Shown here piece after piece: positions 29,103 to 38,955 of a DNA stretch of 64,000 nucleotides. This DNA comes from Planctomycetota bacterium (lineage in GTDB: Bacteria > Planctomycetota > PLA2 > JAEUHO01), in contig CBDCTJ010000007.1 in NCBI GenBank assembly GCA_965222115.1, positions 192,001-256,000 of the forward strand, read 5' to 3'. Under the pieces are notes generated by a model that was not told where the DNA came from, did not search any database, and saw only the letters and a program-made list of their open reading frames with translations. Positions within the stretch are counted from its first letter, which is position 1; every line of letters starts with the position of its first letter. The translations under genes and the position numbers were made by a program.

Positions 29103-29117
29103 TGAGAATGATTATCA
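29103..29117. promoter_or_regulatory. Fur-box-like operator upstream of the TonB-dependent receptor
   Basis: TGAGAATGATTATCA, one mismatch from the 7-1-7 Fur consensus TGATAATnATTATCA, in an AT-rich patch. Confidence 0.8.
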
Positions 29118-29124
29118 GAACGAT

Positions 29125-29718
29125 TTACATAGCGTAGCCCATGTCGCCTGACTGCCTCAATCGATCTTCATAAAATCCTTCAGGCACTTCACTTACGCCG
29201 GAACCATCGATCCATCGGTTGAAAAAATTGAAGATGGCGCACACCGTCAATGCGTCAAAAATCGCGCTTTCCGACCAACCCGCCGCCTTCGCGCGGTCCA
29301 CGTCGGCCTGCTCGACCGATGCCGGAGCGTCATTCACTTTGGCGAGGTAGCGAAAGAGCGCCTTTTCGTTCTCCGGCAAGGCGGAGGCTTCAAAGTCGTA
29401 GCAGACCGAACGGACGAACGGATCGTCGTCAAGAAGGTGCGCCGCGACCGCGGCGTGCGCTGACGTTCAGAATCGACAGTCGTTGCGCGCAGAAATAAAC
29501 GATGCAATAAGCTCTCGGAAACCGGGCGATAGGTCGCTAGGACCACGCATGACGTCTTCCATGAAATTACTCAAGTGTTTGGCGGCAAGGGGGCGCTGCG
29601 CAAAGAGATAATAGATACCCGGCGGTTCCGTGCCCTGCTCGCGGCAGTGCGCAATCACACGCCCATAGCGACCCGATGCTTCGGGCGGCTCACGTTGCTC
29701 GATCTCTTGGAGATACAT
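29125..29718 (-). CDS. AhpD/carboxymuconolactone-decarboxylase-family peroxidase, probable selenoprotein (UGA at 29467-29469)
   Basis: Pieces 29467..29718 and 29125..29379 join in frame: RELIASFISARNDCRF-U-TSAHAAVA...LPENEKALFRY...CAIFNFFNRW (family motif NxCxxCxxxH). Confidence 0.92.
29440..29455 (-). promoter_or_regulatory. Putative bacterial SECIS hairpin of the AhpD-like gene
   Basis: Perfect 6-bp stem CGCCGC-GGUC-GCGGCG beginning after an 11-nt spacer from the UGA. Confidence 0.7.
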
Positions 29719-29745
29719 GGCTCGCCTTTCGTTGTTGAGGAGTCA

Positions 29746-30747
29746 TTACCCACCCGCGTTGTACGGCCATCCGGGCATCTCCGTCAACCGCCACATGGCC
29801 CATGCGCCCAAACTTCGAACGGGTCGAAACCGGTCGCCCATCGACTCTGCCTCTGACGCAGATGGTGTCTCGATACCGTGAAGACGACCGAGGCCATTGC
29901 GGACACCGAGGTCCAGCACGGGCCACACATCCAGGCGTCCCAGCGCGAACATCAACTGCATCTGGGCGCTCCACGGCCCAATGCCCCGCACTTCCGTCAG
30001 TGCAGCAATGACCTCGTCGTTGCCCTTGTGACGCAGTGCACCGAGCTTTAGCCGTCGCGAGGCAACGTGATCGGCAAGATCGAGCAGTGCCAAGGTCTTG
30101 GCGCGCGATAGCCCTGCAGAACGCAGACGCGCCTTAGAGGTTGCAAGTACTGCTTTTGGATTCATGCGCTCGCCGGGCATCAGTGCACGGGTGCGCGCCC
30201 AAATGGTCCCTGCTGCGCGCCCACTGAGTTGCTGAAACACGATGGAGCGTGCGATCGATGCGAAACCAAATGGCGATACGCCCAGTTGTGGAGGTCCAGA
30301 AAGCGTAATGACCTTGCGGAACGCGGCATCGCGCCTCATCAACGCCATGGTCGCGTCCCAAACCGGCCCGCTGCCCTTCATGTTCGACATACGCCACACG
30401 AGATAGCGCTTTACTTCTTTCGCGTACGCACCAATGGAAATGTCAAGGCGGCCTGATGTTGACGTGAGCGCCACACGCAGGGCTTCCATAGCACTAGGAA
30501 ACACGCGCATCGAGAGTGAACGCTGGCGAGCTAGCGTCATGAGGTGTCGGCCCACGCTTGGCGTAGCAATCAGGACGTGTGCACTCTGTTGCCATGCACG
30601 CACATCGCCATGAGAGGCGTCCATCGTCTTCCAGCGATCCGACGTTGCGATCACGGTACGCGGACGGGCGCGGACGGGCCACGCGGACGTGCTCTCACGC
30701 TGCGTTAGAAGCGCGATGGACCTGCGACCGACGGAAAACGCCTGCAT
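29746..30747 (-). CDS. alkA: DNA-3-methyladenine glycosylase II (AlkA/HhH-GPD), with a possible ~120-aa N-terminal extension (core start near 30390)
   Basis: SIVFQQLSGRAA, GLSRAK, HhH LTEVRGIGPWSA, LGRLDVWPVLDLGVR, RPVRS. Confidence 0.88.
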   Translation of the reverse strand: MQAFSVGRRSIALLTQRESTSAWPVRARPRTVIATSDRWKTMDASHGDVRAWQQSAHVLIATPSVGRHLMTLARQRSLSMRVFPSAMEALRVALTSTSGRLDISIGAYAKEVKRYLVWRMSNMKGSGPVWDATMALMRRDAAFRKVITLSGPPQLGVSPFGFASIARSIVFQQLSGRAAGTIWARTRALMPGERMNPKAVLATSKARLRSAGLSRAKTLALLDLADHVASRRLKLGALRHKGNDEVIAALTEVRGIGPWSAQMQLMFALGRLDVWPVLDLGVRNGLGRLHGIETPSASEAESMGDRFRPVRSLGAWAMWRLTEMPGWPYNAGG

Positions 30748-30849
30748 GCTTCCTCGCGTTGCTCCCTCATGAATAGTCCGGGATAGACGTCGTACACCGC
30801 CTACGTCAGACTACCCGCAACGCGGCCACGTCGTTACGCTGGAGGACCC

Positions 30850-31728
30850 ATGAGCAACACATTCTCGGCAGAGATCGGCCTCATTGGGGGCAGCGGCCTC
30901 TACACGCTGGACGGTGTTGATCGCGTTGAATCGGTGTCGCTGGACACGCCCTTCGGCACACCATCCGGCGATCTCCATGTGGGCACGCTGCACGGTCGTC
31001 GCGTTGCGTTTCTTGCCCGTCACGGCACAGGCCACCGACTCTCGCCCAGTGAAATTCCGTATCGCGCCAACGTCTACGCGCTCAAGTTGCTCGGCGTTTC
31101 GAAAGTCTTGGCCACCGGCGCCGTCGGCAGCCTACGGGAGGAACTCGCTCCACGGTCGTTGGTCATTCCCGATCAGTTCTTTGATCGCACCCGCGGTCGA
31201 CGCAATACGTTTTATGGCGATGGCATTGTCGTACACGTGGCGTTTGGAGATCCGGTATCGCCCGCGCTATGTACTGCACTTGAAACCGCGGCAAACACGG
31301 AAGGCGCCATGGTTCATCGGGGCGGAACCTACGTGTGCATGGAAGGGCCGCAGTTTTCGACGCGTGCGGAAAGCATGCACTACAAGAAACTCGGCGGTGA
31401 CGTTATTGGCATGACCAACGTCACCGAGGCGCGCCTCTGCCGCGAAGCCGAAATCGCGTATGCCACGCTGAATCTTGTCACCGACTACGACGCGTGGCGC
31501 CCCCACGCCCACGCCACGGGTCCCGAAGAAATCTTGGCGGTCCTGCGCGAAAACGCGTCGATGGCCAATCGCGTCCTGGGCGAGGCGGTGCGCCATGTAC
31601 CGACGGACCCGCTCCCCGCCGAATACGCCCTGAAATACGCGATACTCACGCCACTCGACAAGGTCCCGCCCCAAACGCTCACCCGCCTGGAGGCGCTGCT
31701 AAGGCCCTACCGATCGAGTTCCGCGTAG
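30850..31728 (+). CDS. mtnP: S-methyl-5'-thioadenosine phosphorylase
   Basis: IGLIGGSGLY, TPFGTPS, FLARHG, YRANVYAL, EGPQFSTRAES, IGMT, VTDYD. Confidence 0.95.
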   Translation: MSNTFSAEIGLIGGSGLYTLDGVDRVESVSLDTPFGTPSGDLHVGTLHGRRVAFLARHGTGHRLSPSEIPYRANVYALKLLGVSKVLATGAVGSLREELAPRSLVIPDQFFDRTRGRRNTFYGDGIVVHVAFGDPVSPALCTALETAANTEGAMVHRGGTYVCMEGPQFSTRAESMHYKKLGGDVIGMTNVTEARLCREAEIAYATLNLVTDYDAWRPHAHATGPEEILAVLRENASMANRVLGEAVRHVPTDPLPAEYALKYAILTPLDKVPPQTLTRLEALLRPYRSSSA

Positions 31729-31818
31729 CCGGCGTGCGGCGAACCCCACCGCAACTTTGCCGCGACGGCGCGGTTTACCATAGTTGACCGGTCGGCGATC
31801 CCACCGCACGACCGCCAC

Positions 31819-33897
31819 GTGCCGATCGAACATCAGCCAATCGAACATCATTCGAGCGGCGCCATGAAGGAAGAGATTCGTATGCGCAACGCGAAACCCT
31901 CGTCGGTATCTGAATCAACGGGATTCACCCGCTGGTTGCCCGGTGTCTTTGGTGCCCTCGTACTCACGCTTGGTCTTACATCACTCGCGCCACAGATTGA
32001 GGCGGGCGATGACGTACCTGCCAGCGATGCGCATCCATCAACGAAGGCCGCGGACTCTCGTACGCCATCAATTTCTGTCCACGGCCTGGCAGCCAAAATC
32101 GATACCGTCATCACCAACAAGCTCGACGGGTTCGACATGAAGCCCGCACCCCGCTGCGACGACGCCACCTTTTTGCGTCGCGTGTATCTCGACGTGCTCG
32201 GCACGGTCCCTACGCCCCGCGCCGTAGAAGAGTTTCAAGCCTCCAAGGATCCGAACAAGCGTCGCATCATCATTGATCATCTCGTGGATCACGACTCGGC
32301 GGCGGACTACTGGGGCATGTGGTGGTACCGCACGCTTACCGGCATGAGCGTCCATGCACGTCCCAGTCGCGACGGCGGTGGCGGACGTGCACTTGCGGGT
32401 ATCGGCGGCAAGAAATTCTATGCGTGGCTGAGCCAGCAGATGAGGGACAACCGTCCCTACAACGAGATGGTGCACGATCTTCTTACTGCCACGGGGCGCA
32501 CGGATGAGAACGGAGCCGCCGCCTATTTTGCGCGCTGGGACGGCAATGCCAACAATGCCATCGGCGCCGCGTCGAAACACTTCTTGGGTATGCAGATTCA
32601 ATGCGCCCAGTGCCACGATCACATGTACGAAGAAACGTGGAAGCAGTCCGACTTCCGTGGCATGGCAGCCTTCTTTGCCACCACCACGCAACGTCGCGCT
32701 GCGGAGTATCGCGAACTCCGAGAGCTGCGCCGAAAAATGAACACGCAGCGCCTCGCCAAGAAAGGCGGCGACAACGAAATCGCCCGCCCCGGTAAGTCTT
32801 CGCCCAATATGGAAGGCGAGGGCATGGAGGGCGACGAGATGGACGGCGAGGGTATGGATGGCCCAAGCTCGAACCGCCCACGTGAGATGGACGGACCGCG
32901 CGGGAGCAACAACGCCCGATTCACAGCGGAAGACCGCAAGCGCATGATGGAACTGCGCAAGTTCGGTAATGTGTATGAAGTTGTCGATACACCGGTGCGC
33001 AATTCGCAACTTGCCAAGCGTCTTGCCCGTCGTCTGAAGAACCGAAAGCTCAGTGAAGAACAACGGCAGCGCATCGAACTGCGATTCGCTACGCCCAAAC
33101 TTTGGCACGGCGCAGAGGTGCCCGACATGCCCGGCATTAGCCGGCGGCTGGTGCTGGCGCGTTGGATCACATCCGATGACAACCCCTACTTTGGCAAGGC
33201 ATTGGTCAATCGCCTGTGGGGCGCGTTCTTGGGTACCGGCATTGTGAATCCGGTCGATGACTTCAACAGTTTCAATCCCCCGTCGCATCCTGAGATTCTC
33301 GACATGCTGTCGAGGGATTTCTTGGCCCACGGCTACGACTTGAAGCGCGTGATGCGTGTCATCCTCAACACCGAGGCCTACCAACGCACGTCTACATGGT
33401 CGGGCGAGGAGGCACCGGAGCCGTCGCTATTCGCCGTGGCCAAAGTTCGCCCGCTTACAACCGATCAGCTTTCGTTCGCACTCATTCGCGCTATGGGGCT
33501 GGAGCAGCGCTTCAACCGTCAAACGCGAAACGCCGGAAACCGGCTACGTGCGACGTTTTCGAAGCTCTTCTCCTTCGTCTTTGATGACGACGAAGCCAAG
33601 GAGAGCGAAGACTTTGAAGGCAGCATTGCACAAGGGCTCTTCATGATGAACAGCCCCATTCTTGAACGGACCATTTCCGGCAGACGCGGCATGCCGCTGC
33701 AGCGACTTATGACAGCGCACAAGACCGATGCCGCGCGCGTGAAGCAACTCTACCTTGGCGCCTTTGGACGGCACCCGACGGCAAAGGAATCGCGTCGTGC
33801 GGTGAAGTTTGTCAAGTCCGCCGATGCGCCTGAAGAAGGCTACGAAGACCTGCTCTGGGCCCTTGTGAACGCCGCAGAGTTTATGACCAATCACTAA
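31819..33897 (+). CDS. DUF1549/DUF1553 domain protein (Planctomycete-type)
   Basis: DATFLRRVYLDVLGTVP, FLGMQIQCAQCHDH, VNRLW, PSHPEILD, EDLLWALVNAAEF. Confidence 0.92.
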   Translation: MPIEHQPIEHHSSGAMKEEIRMRNAKPSSVSESTGFTRWLPGVFGALVLTLGLTSLAPQIEAGDDVPASDAHPSTKAADSRTPSISVHGLAAKIDTVITNKLDGFDMKPAPRCDDATFLRRVYLDVLGTVPTPRAVEEFQASKDPNKRRIIIDHLVDHDSAADYWGMWWYRTLTGMSVHARPSRDGGGGRALAGIGGKKFYAWLSQQMRDNRPYNEMVHDLLTATGRTDENGAAAYFARWDGNANNAIGAASKHFLGMQIQCAQCHDHMYEETWKQSDFRGMAAFFATTTQRRAAEYRELRELRRKMNTQRLAKKGGDNEIARPGKSSPNMEGEGMEGDEMDGEGMDGPSSNRPREMDGPRGSNNARFTAEDRKRMMELRKFGNVYEVVDTPVRNSQLAKRLARRLKNRKLSEEQRQRIELRFATPKLWHGAEVPDMPGISRRLVLARWITSDDNPYFGKALVNRLWGAFLGTGIVNPVDDFNSFNPPSHPEILDMLSRDFLAHGYDLKRVMRVILNTEAYQRTSTWSGEEAPEPSLFAVAKVRPLTTDQLSFALIRAMGLEQRFNRQTRNAGNRLRATFSKLFSFVFDDDEAKESEDFEGSIAQGLFMMNSPILERTISGRRGMPLQRLMTAHKTDAARVKQLYLGAFGRHPTAKESRRAVKFVKSADAPEEGYEDLLWALVNAAEFMTNH

Positions 33898-33948
33898 CGC
33901 AACCCCAAGAACGAACCCACTCACTTAGTCGCTACTACGAGGCCCGCT

Positions 33949-35307
33949 ATGTCTACAAACAACCGTTCATCAAGAAGCAACTCGTCGCGCCGCGACCTCA
34001 TTCGCGCTGGCTTGGGACTGGCCGCGGTTTCTGCCGTCAACCTTCAGTGGCCGGGCGCACTGCCCCGAACATTGGCTGAAGAGGACGCGGCGCTTCCTGG
34101 CTTCGGTCAAGCGAAACAGATTGTATTCCTCTACATGAATGGCGGCGCCAGTCACCTTGAGACGTTTGATCCCAAGCCGGGCACAAGCACGGGCGGCCCC
34201 ACGCGCACGATTCCTACCGCTGTAACAGGCGTTCACATTGCCGACAGCCTGCCGCTCCTTGCCAAACGCATGAACGATGTGTGCGTCATTCGCGGCATGA
34301 GCAGCAAAGAGGGCAATCACGAGCGCGCACGCTACCTCATGCACACGGCCTATCCCCCTACGCCCACCATTAAGCACGCAGCATTTGGTTCGTTGCTCGC
34401 GCACGAAGTGGGCAATCCCGATGCCGAGCTACCCGAGTACATCGCCATCAATGGCCCCGGCGCGCGTCCTGGCTACCTGGGTGCCGGATACGCACCGTTT
34501 CTCGTGCGTGTACGCGGCGAAGATCCAAACGTGCGCGGAGGCGGCGCCAACAACCGCCGTCGTAAGGGCGGCGACAAGAGCATCGTTTCCAACTTGAAGC
34601 AGCCGGGCGGCATGAGCAAGGAGCGCCGTGATCGTCGACTGGCGATGCTGTCTTCGCTCAACGAAGACTTTGCGCGGCCGCGCCATGAGGGCGTGAGTGC
34701 GGCGCAAGCCGCCATGTTCGAACGCGCTCGTCGCTTAATGGATTCACCCAAGAATACCGCCTTTGACATGGAATCCGAATCGGCTGAAACCCGGGCGCGC
34801 TACGGCAAGAGCAGTTTCGGGCAAGGCTGTATGCTCGCCCGTCGCCTGATCGACCAAGGTGTCAAGTGCGTCGAAGTCATGTCCAACGGTTGGGACACGC
34901 ACGACGACAACTTCAATCGCGTCAAGGCACTCAACGCGGGCGTCGATCAAGGTGCCTCCGCGCTGATTGATGACCTGAAGAAGAGCGGTCGCTTAGACCA
35001 AACGTTGATCGTGTGGCTCGGCGACTTTGGTCGCACGCCGCGCATTACCGCAAGCCAGGGTCGCGGCCACTACCCACGCGCTTGGTCCACCTTTATGACA
35101 GGCGGCGGTGTTCAGGGCGGTCGTGTGATTGGTGCCACGGACGCTAAGGGAGAGACAGTGGTCAATGGTAAAGTAAGTGTCCCCGACTTCTTTGCTTCCA
35201 TTGCCCACGCCACGGGCATGGATGTGGACAAGACGTTCCATTCCAACGGTCGGCCCATAACGATTGTGAAGGATGGCGCGCCGCTACCAGACTTGTTCAA
35301 GGCATAG
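33949..35307 (+). CDS. DUF1501 domain protein (Tat signal)
   Basis: SRRDLI Tat motif, MNGGASHLETFDPKP, FGQGCMLARRL, WDTH, GDFGRTP. Confidence 0.93.
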   Translation: MSTNNRSSRSNSSRRDLIRAGLGLAAVSAVNLQWPGALPRTLAEEDAALPGFGQAKQIVFLYMNGGASHLETFDPKPGTSTGGPTRTIPTAVTGVHIADSLPLLAKRMNDVCVIRGMSSKEGNHERARYLMHTAYPPTPTIKHAAFGSLLAHEVGNPDAELPEYIAINGPGARPGYLGAGYAPFLVRVRGEDPNVRGGGANNRRRKGGDKSIVSNLKQPGGMSKERRDRRLAMLSSLNEDFARPRHEGVSAAQAAMFERARRLMDSPKNTAFDMESESAETRARYGKSSFGQGCMLARRLIDQGVKCVEVMSNGWDTHDDNFNRVKALNAGVDQGASALIDDLKKSGRLDQTLIVWLGDFGRTPRITASQGRGHYPRAWSTFMTGGGVQGGRVIGATDAKGETVVNGKVSVPDFFASIAHATGMDVDKTFHSNGRPITIVKDGAPLPDLFKA

Positions 35308-35348
35308 ATCCTCTTCCCGTTCCTGAAGCTGAATCTTTCGCCTTACCC

Positions 35349-35789
35349 CTATCCATCCCTCGACGGCGGCTTTCGCATTCGCTTGGTTTCGCCGCGCCGC
35401 CGTTTCTCGTCAAGCCGCCTGCGCTTCGAAGCACGAGTTGGCTTCGTAGCTTTCCGAGGGCGCTCGCGCTTTAGCGCCTCTTGAATCATCTCGACCAAGC
35501 GCTTGATGGCCTCATCGACATTGCGACGTTGGTCGCGGTAGCGATCCGAGGCCACCACGATCTCGCCGCGTGTCGTGATGCGTCGCTCCAGTTTCTCTTG
35601 CAACCGCTTGCGCGTTTCGTCATCCAGTACGGCGGAGGTTGCGAGATTCCAACGTAGGTGCGCCTTGGTTTCGGTCTTGTTGACGTGCTGCCCGCCGGGG
35701 CCACCCGAACGCGCAAACGTAATCTCCACCTCGCTGGCAGGAATCGTCAGTGCAGGATGAATCACTAGGTCGTGGTCAGGCCGAGCCAT
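35349..35789 (-). CDS. arfB: Alternative ribosome rescue peptidyl-tRNA hydrolase ArfB
   Basis: RSGGPGGQHVNK (GGQ), RDQRRN, basic tail RKATKPTRASKRRRL. Confidence 0.95.
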   Translation of the reverse strand: MARPDHDLVIHPALTIPASEVEITFARSGGPGGQHVNKTETKAHLRWNLATSAVLDDETRKRLQEKLERRITTRGEIVVASDRYRDQRRNVDEAIKRLVEMIQEALKRERPRKATKPTRASKRRRLDEKRRRGETKRMRKPPSRDG

Positions 35790-35837
35790 GGGTCGATTGT
35801 GCATGACGATCGGCGGCGTCGGTACTCTACGGCGCTG

Positions 35838-36581
35838 ATGATCTCCGAATCGCACCCCGCCCGGCGTCAAGCGCGACGCAAACTCATGCGTGCCGGCGTG
35901 TGGGTGCTCTATGAGGACAACCATCTCCTCGGTATCGCCAAGCAGGCCGGCGTGTTGTCGCAAGGCGGGCCACGCGGGGTGCGCGCATTGCCCGACCTCT
36001 TGGATGCCTACCGGCGCGAAGCCGAATCCAAGGAAGGACGCGCCTACATCGGCCTCGTTCACCGCCTGGATCGAAACGTATCGGGTGCCATGGTCGTGGC
36101 AAAGACGTCGAAAGCGGCATCACGTTTGTCGGCCTTGTTTCGGGATCGGAGCAACGACCTCAAGAAGGAGTACGTGGCGTGGGTCAGCCGCATACCCGAG
36201 GAAGACCACGGTGAACTCAAGCACCGACTTCGTCGCCACAAACACATCACGCGCATTGCCCACGGCGGCGACACCGACGGCAAGGACGCGCACCTCTCCT
36301 ATGTCGTAGAAGGCAAGTCGATCCACGCCGCGAGGTTACGCATCACACTGCACTCCGGTATCACGCATCAGATTCGGGCACAATTCTCAATCGTCGGCCA
36401 CCCACTGATCGGCGACGAAAAGTACGGAGGCCCCTCCGCCAAGCGTCCCGCCCTCCACGCCGTTGCGTTGTCATTCCCGCATCCGGTTGGCGGTAGTCCG
36501 ATGGTGATTGGCGCTCCCATCCCCGACGACCTCAAGATCATCGACGCCCGATACCACATCCGCCCGGCAGTAATGGGGTAG
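35838..36581 (+). CDS. RluA family pseudouridine synthase
   Basis: LYEDNHLL..KQAG, VHRLDRNVSG, GITHQIRAQ, GHPLIGDEKYG, LHA. Confidence 0.93.
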   Translation: MISESHPARRQARRKLMRAGVWVLYEDNHLLGIAKQAGVLSQGGPRGVRALPDLLDAYRREAESKEGRAYIGLVHRLDRNVSGAMVVAKTSKAASRLSALFRDRSNDLKKEYVAWVSRIPEEDHGELKHRLRRHKHITRIAHGGDTDGKDAHLSYVVEGKSIHAARLRITLHSGITHQIRAQFSIVGHPLIGDEKYGGPSAKRPALHAVALSFPHPVGGSPMVIGAPIPDDLKIIDARYHIRPAVMG

Positions 36582-36634
36582 CAGCAACACCGGAACTCGT
36601 GACTTTGAGTCACATCGCGTTCATAATAGATCGT

Positions 36635-38389
36635 TCACTTCAATCGAATTGTAAGACGCTGCAACTCTCGTGAATCCGTAACCTTAAGATCAGAGATACC
36701 GGCTCCCACGCCGGGAAGACTTGCACTCAGGCGGTAGGTGCCCGGTGCGAGCCAAAGCAATGGGCCCTTCGTCGACTCTTCTGCGTCGCGTTCCGTGAGA
36801 TTGAACACGTCCCACATCGAGCCAGATTCACGCGTTGACCCATTTTTCAGTAGTTTCAGATCGAAACCCCGGACTGGCTGTGCATGCTGATCGACTACGG
36901 TGAGTGACACGGGAGCACCCGCTAGTTCCAAGGGTACCTCTACGGTGCCGTGCATCGCTCCGATTCTCACATAAGCTGCGCTACCCGCAGGGTTCCACCA
37001 CGTCCGATACCCAGATATGTCGTGTCGATACCCGCGCGGCACGATTCTGTAAGTGCCAGGAGGCAATTTGACGGCTTCCCTTGCCTTGCCGCCGCGAAAT
37101 GAAATCACGATGCGCGCACCTAGCCTTGGCAAAGATCCGGAAGCATCCCGGCTCCAAATCTCCAATTCAAGTTGCCCGTCGAATCCGGACTTGTCACGGA
37201 AGTGAGCTAGAAATTGGACCGGTATCCAAGCGTCGGCAGATCGCTCTAGCGAAATCGTCTCTCTTGCCACGCCGCCCGGCTTGAGTTGAATGGTACGCGT
37301 CACATCCTTGAAGCCAATGCAGCGGACAAAGATTTTGCTCGTCATTTGCTCGGCGGAGGGCATGTCTCCCTGGTAATCGGGAAACATGTAGAATCGACGC
37401 CAACTTACCGAATCTTCATGCAGCGCCTCTGCGGCCGGGGGGAATGGCCAGGAGCGAGGGCATGCCGCACCACCGAAGCAGTTTGGCGGAAAGTCAAATG
37501 CGACCACCGGACGTAGGCCGCGGAGTGGCAAGCCCGTGCGATCATCCAATATTTGCACCCTAAACTCGAACGTAGGTAGCATCTCGACTCGTATCTCAGA
37601 TTGTGCGGGATCAACTCTCTGCTGAGCAGAAAGCCTGGGAATCCACCCTCGCATGGATACCCATGCGACCAGCTCCTCGTCAAATGGCAATCCGCTGAGA
37701 CGAAACCGTCCATGCGCGTCCGTCGTTGCTTCAGCGATGGCGCCACGCTTTCCGGCGAACAGCACACGCTGGCGGTCTTCCGCGACGCTCCCAATACGAT
37801 TTGCTGGCACGTGTACTTTGACTCGAGCACCAGCCATGGGTTCACCACCGAGCTTTACGACTTCTCCAGTCAGGACGCGACCAATATCCAAATTCACCGA
37901 GATAACGGATGTGGCGTCCAGATCCGCAATTGGCATTTGCCATGGCAAATAGCTCCCGCAATGAACGTTGAGGAACGCCACATCGTCGCGAGCTTTGAGT
38001 TCACATCTGCCCGAGGCGTCGCTCACCGAAGTTTCGCCAACTGATATGAGCCCATTTGTCTTCTTCGTAAGTGAAACGCGCGCGCCCTCAACCATCGAAC
38101 CGTCGCGCCCATCCGAGACTTGCACGGTCCACTTCGTGTTGCTTGAGCGACTCACGGCGTCCGCTTCGATTTCACTAGGCGACTTAGATTTGGGCTTGTC
38201 CGGTCCCGCGCCGCCTCGAAGGACGGGAGTCGCAATCATTTGCACCGTTCCCCTCTCTTCGGCGTTGTCTGGAGTTGCTATATGGTCCTTGCCTCCAAAA
38301 TCTTCGCCGAATAGGAGCAGCCACATGGCAAGTAAGAGCGCGCATGCGGCCATCAACCAAACGAATCGCTCCCTATTTGGCCTAGTCAT
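36635..38389 (-). CDS. Membrane-anchored carboxypeptidase-regulatory-like domain protein
   Basis: N-terminal TM; repeats GRVLTGEVV..GEPMAGARV, TTDAHGRFRLSGLP, LPPGTYRI, LAPGTYRL. Confidence 0.8.
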   Translation of the reverse strand: MTRPNRERFVWLMAACALLLAMWLLLFGEDFGGKDHIATPDNAEERGTVQMIATPVLRGGAGPDKPKSKSPSEIEADAVSRSSNTKWTVQVSDGRDGSMVEGARVSLTKKTNGLISVGETSVSDASGRCELKARDDVAFLNVHCGSYLPWQMPIADLDATSVISVNLDIGRVLTGEVVKLGGEPMAGARVKVHVPANRIGSVAEDRQRVLFAGKRGAIAEATTDAHGRFRLSGLPFDEELVAWVSMRGWIPRLSAQQRVDPAQSEIRVEMLPTFEFRVQILDDRTGLPLRGLRPVVAFDFPPNCFGGAACPRSWPFPPAAEALHEDSVSWRRFYMFPDYQGDMPSAEQMTSKIFVRCIGFKDVTRTIQLKPGGVARETISLERSADAWIPVQFLAHFRDKSGFDGQLELEIWSRDASGSLPRLGARIVISFRGGKAREAVKLPPGTYRIVPRGYRHDISGYRTWWNPAGSAAYVRIGAMHGTVEVPLELAGAPVSLTVVDQHAQPVRGFDLKLLKNGSTRESGSMWDVFNLTERDAEESTKGPLLWLAPGTYRLSASLPGVGAGISDLKVTDSRELQRLTIRLK

Positions 38390-38891
38390 CGGACCAACCC
38401 CCTTCTCCAGAACCTCGGCCCGCATCGATGATCAAAGTCGCGCTTACAAACATAATTGCGGATGCAATCACCAAGCGCGAATGGTATGTCGCTTCGATAG
38501 CAGAGCCAAAGCACCCACAGGGACGCTCTGGTGGGCCTACAGCAATCAGCTCGAGCACGATTGCGAGCGTCACAATCATTGATGTATAGAGAGCAGCGAG
38601 AGACAAGTACAATGCCCTTCGCACCAAAGAGTACAAGAGAAGCGCGCCAAGGAGAATCTCGCTAGCGATTAGAGTCCAACCCGTCGCACGCGCGACATGA
38701 GTGCTTAGTGAGAATCTATCCTCTAGATAGGACAAGAACACCCTCGACTCAGTCAGCTTTGCGATCCCCAGGAACATCCAAATCAGAGCCAACCCAAGGG
38801 CTAAGAACTGGTAGGGCGCAGGCCTCAGACGCAAGACCGCGCCCTCCATGTTCTCGCGCGTACCAGACTCTATGCGCTCGAAAAGTTTCAT
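38382..38891 (-). CDS. MauE/DoxX family redox-associated membrane protein
   Basis: Four TM segments, FLGIAKL, EILLGALL, CGCFG motif. Confidence 0.88.
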   Translation of the reverse strand: MKLFERIESGTRENMEGAVLRLRPAPYQFLALGLALIWMFLGIAKLTESRVFLSYLEDRFSLSTHVARATGWTLIASEILLGALLLYSLVRRALYLSLAALYTSMIVTLAIVLELIAVGPPERPCGCFGSAIEATYHSRLVIASAIMFVSATLIIDAGRGSGEGGWSDD

Positions 38892-38955
38892 GCTCTTGTG
38901 ATCAAACGACGCTCTTGAAGTACTTGGTCACGAGAACAAGCCAAATCCCAGCGGA

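Noticed and set aside
24372-29469. Alternative genetic code (UGA = Trp/Gly) as the explanation for the in-frame TGAs
   Set aside because: Other genes end normally at TGA (3976-3978, and 60105-60107 in an ATGA overlap), and both internal TGAs align with catalytic Cys.
23766-29718. msrA and the AhpD-like gene as pseudogenes or as four separate ORFs
   Set aside because: Each has one in-frame TGA, no other decay, and a SECIS-like hairpin.
32068-33384. Long antisense ORFs (also 54602..55453, 57506..58594, 61798..62799, 25575..26549)
   Set aside because: Shadow frames of well-supported genes, expected in high-GC DNA, with no motifs.
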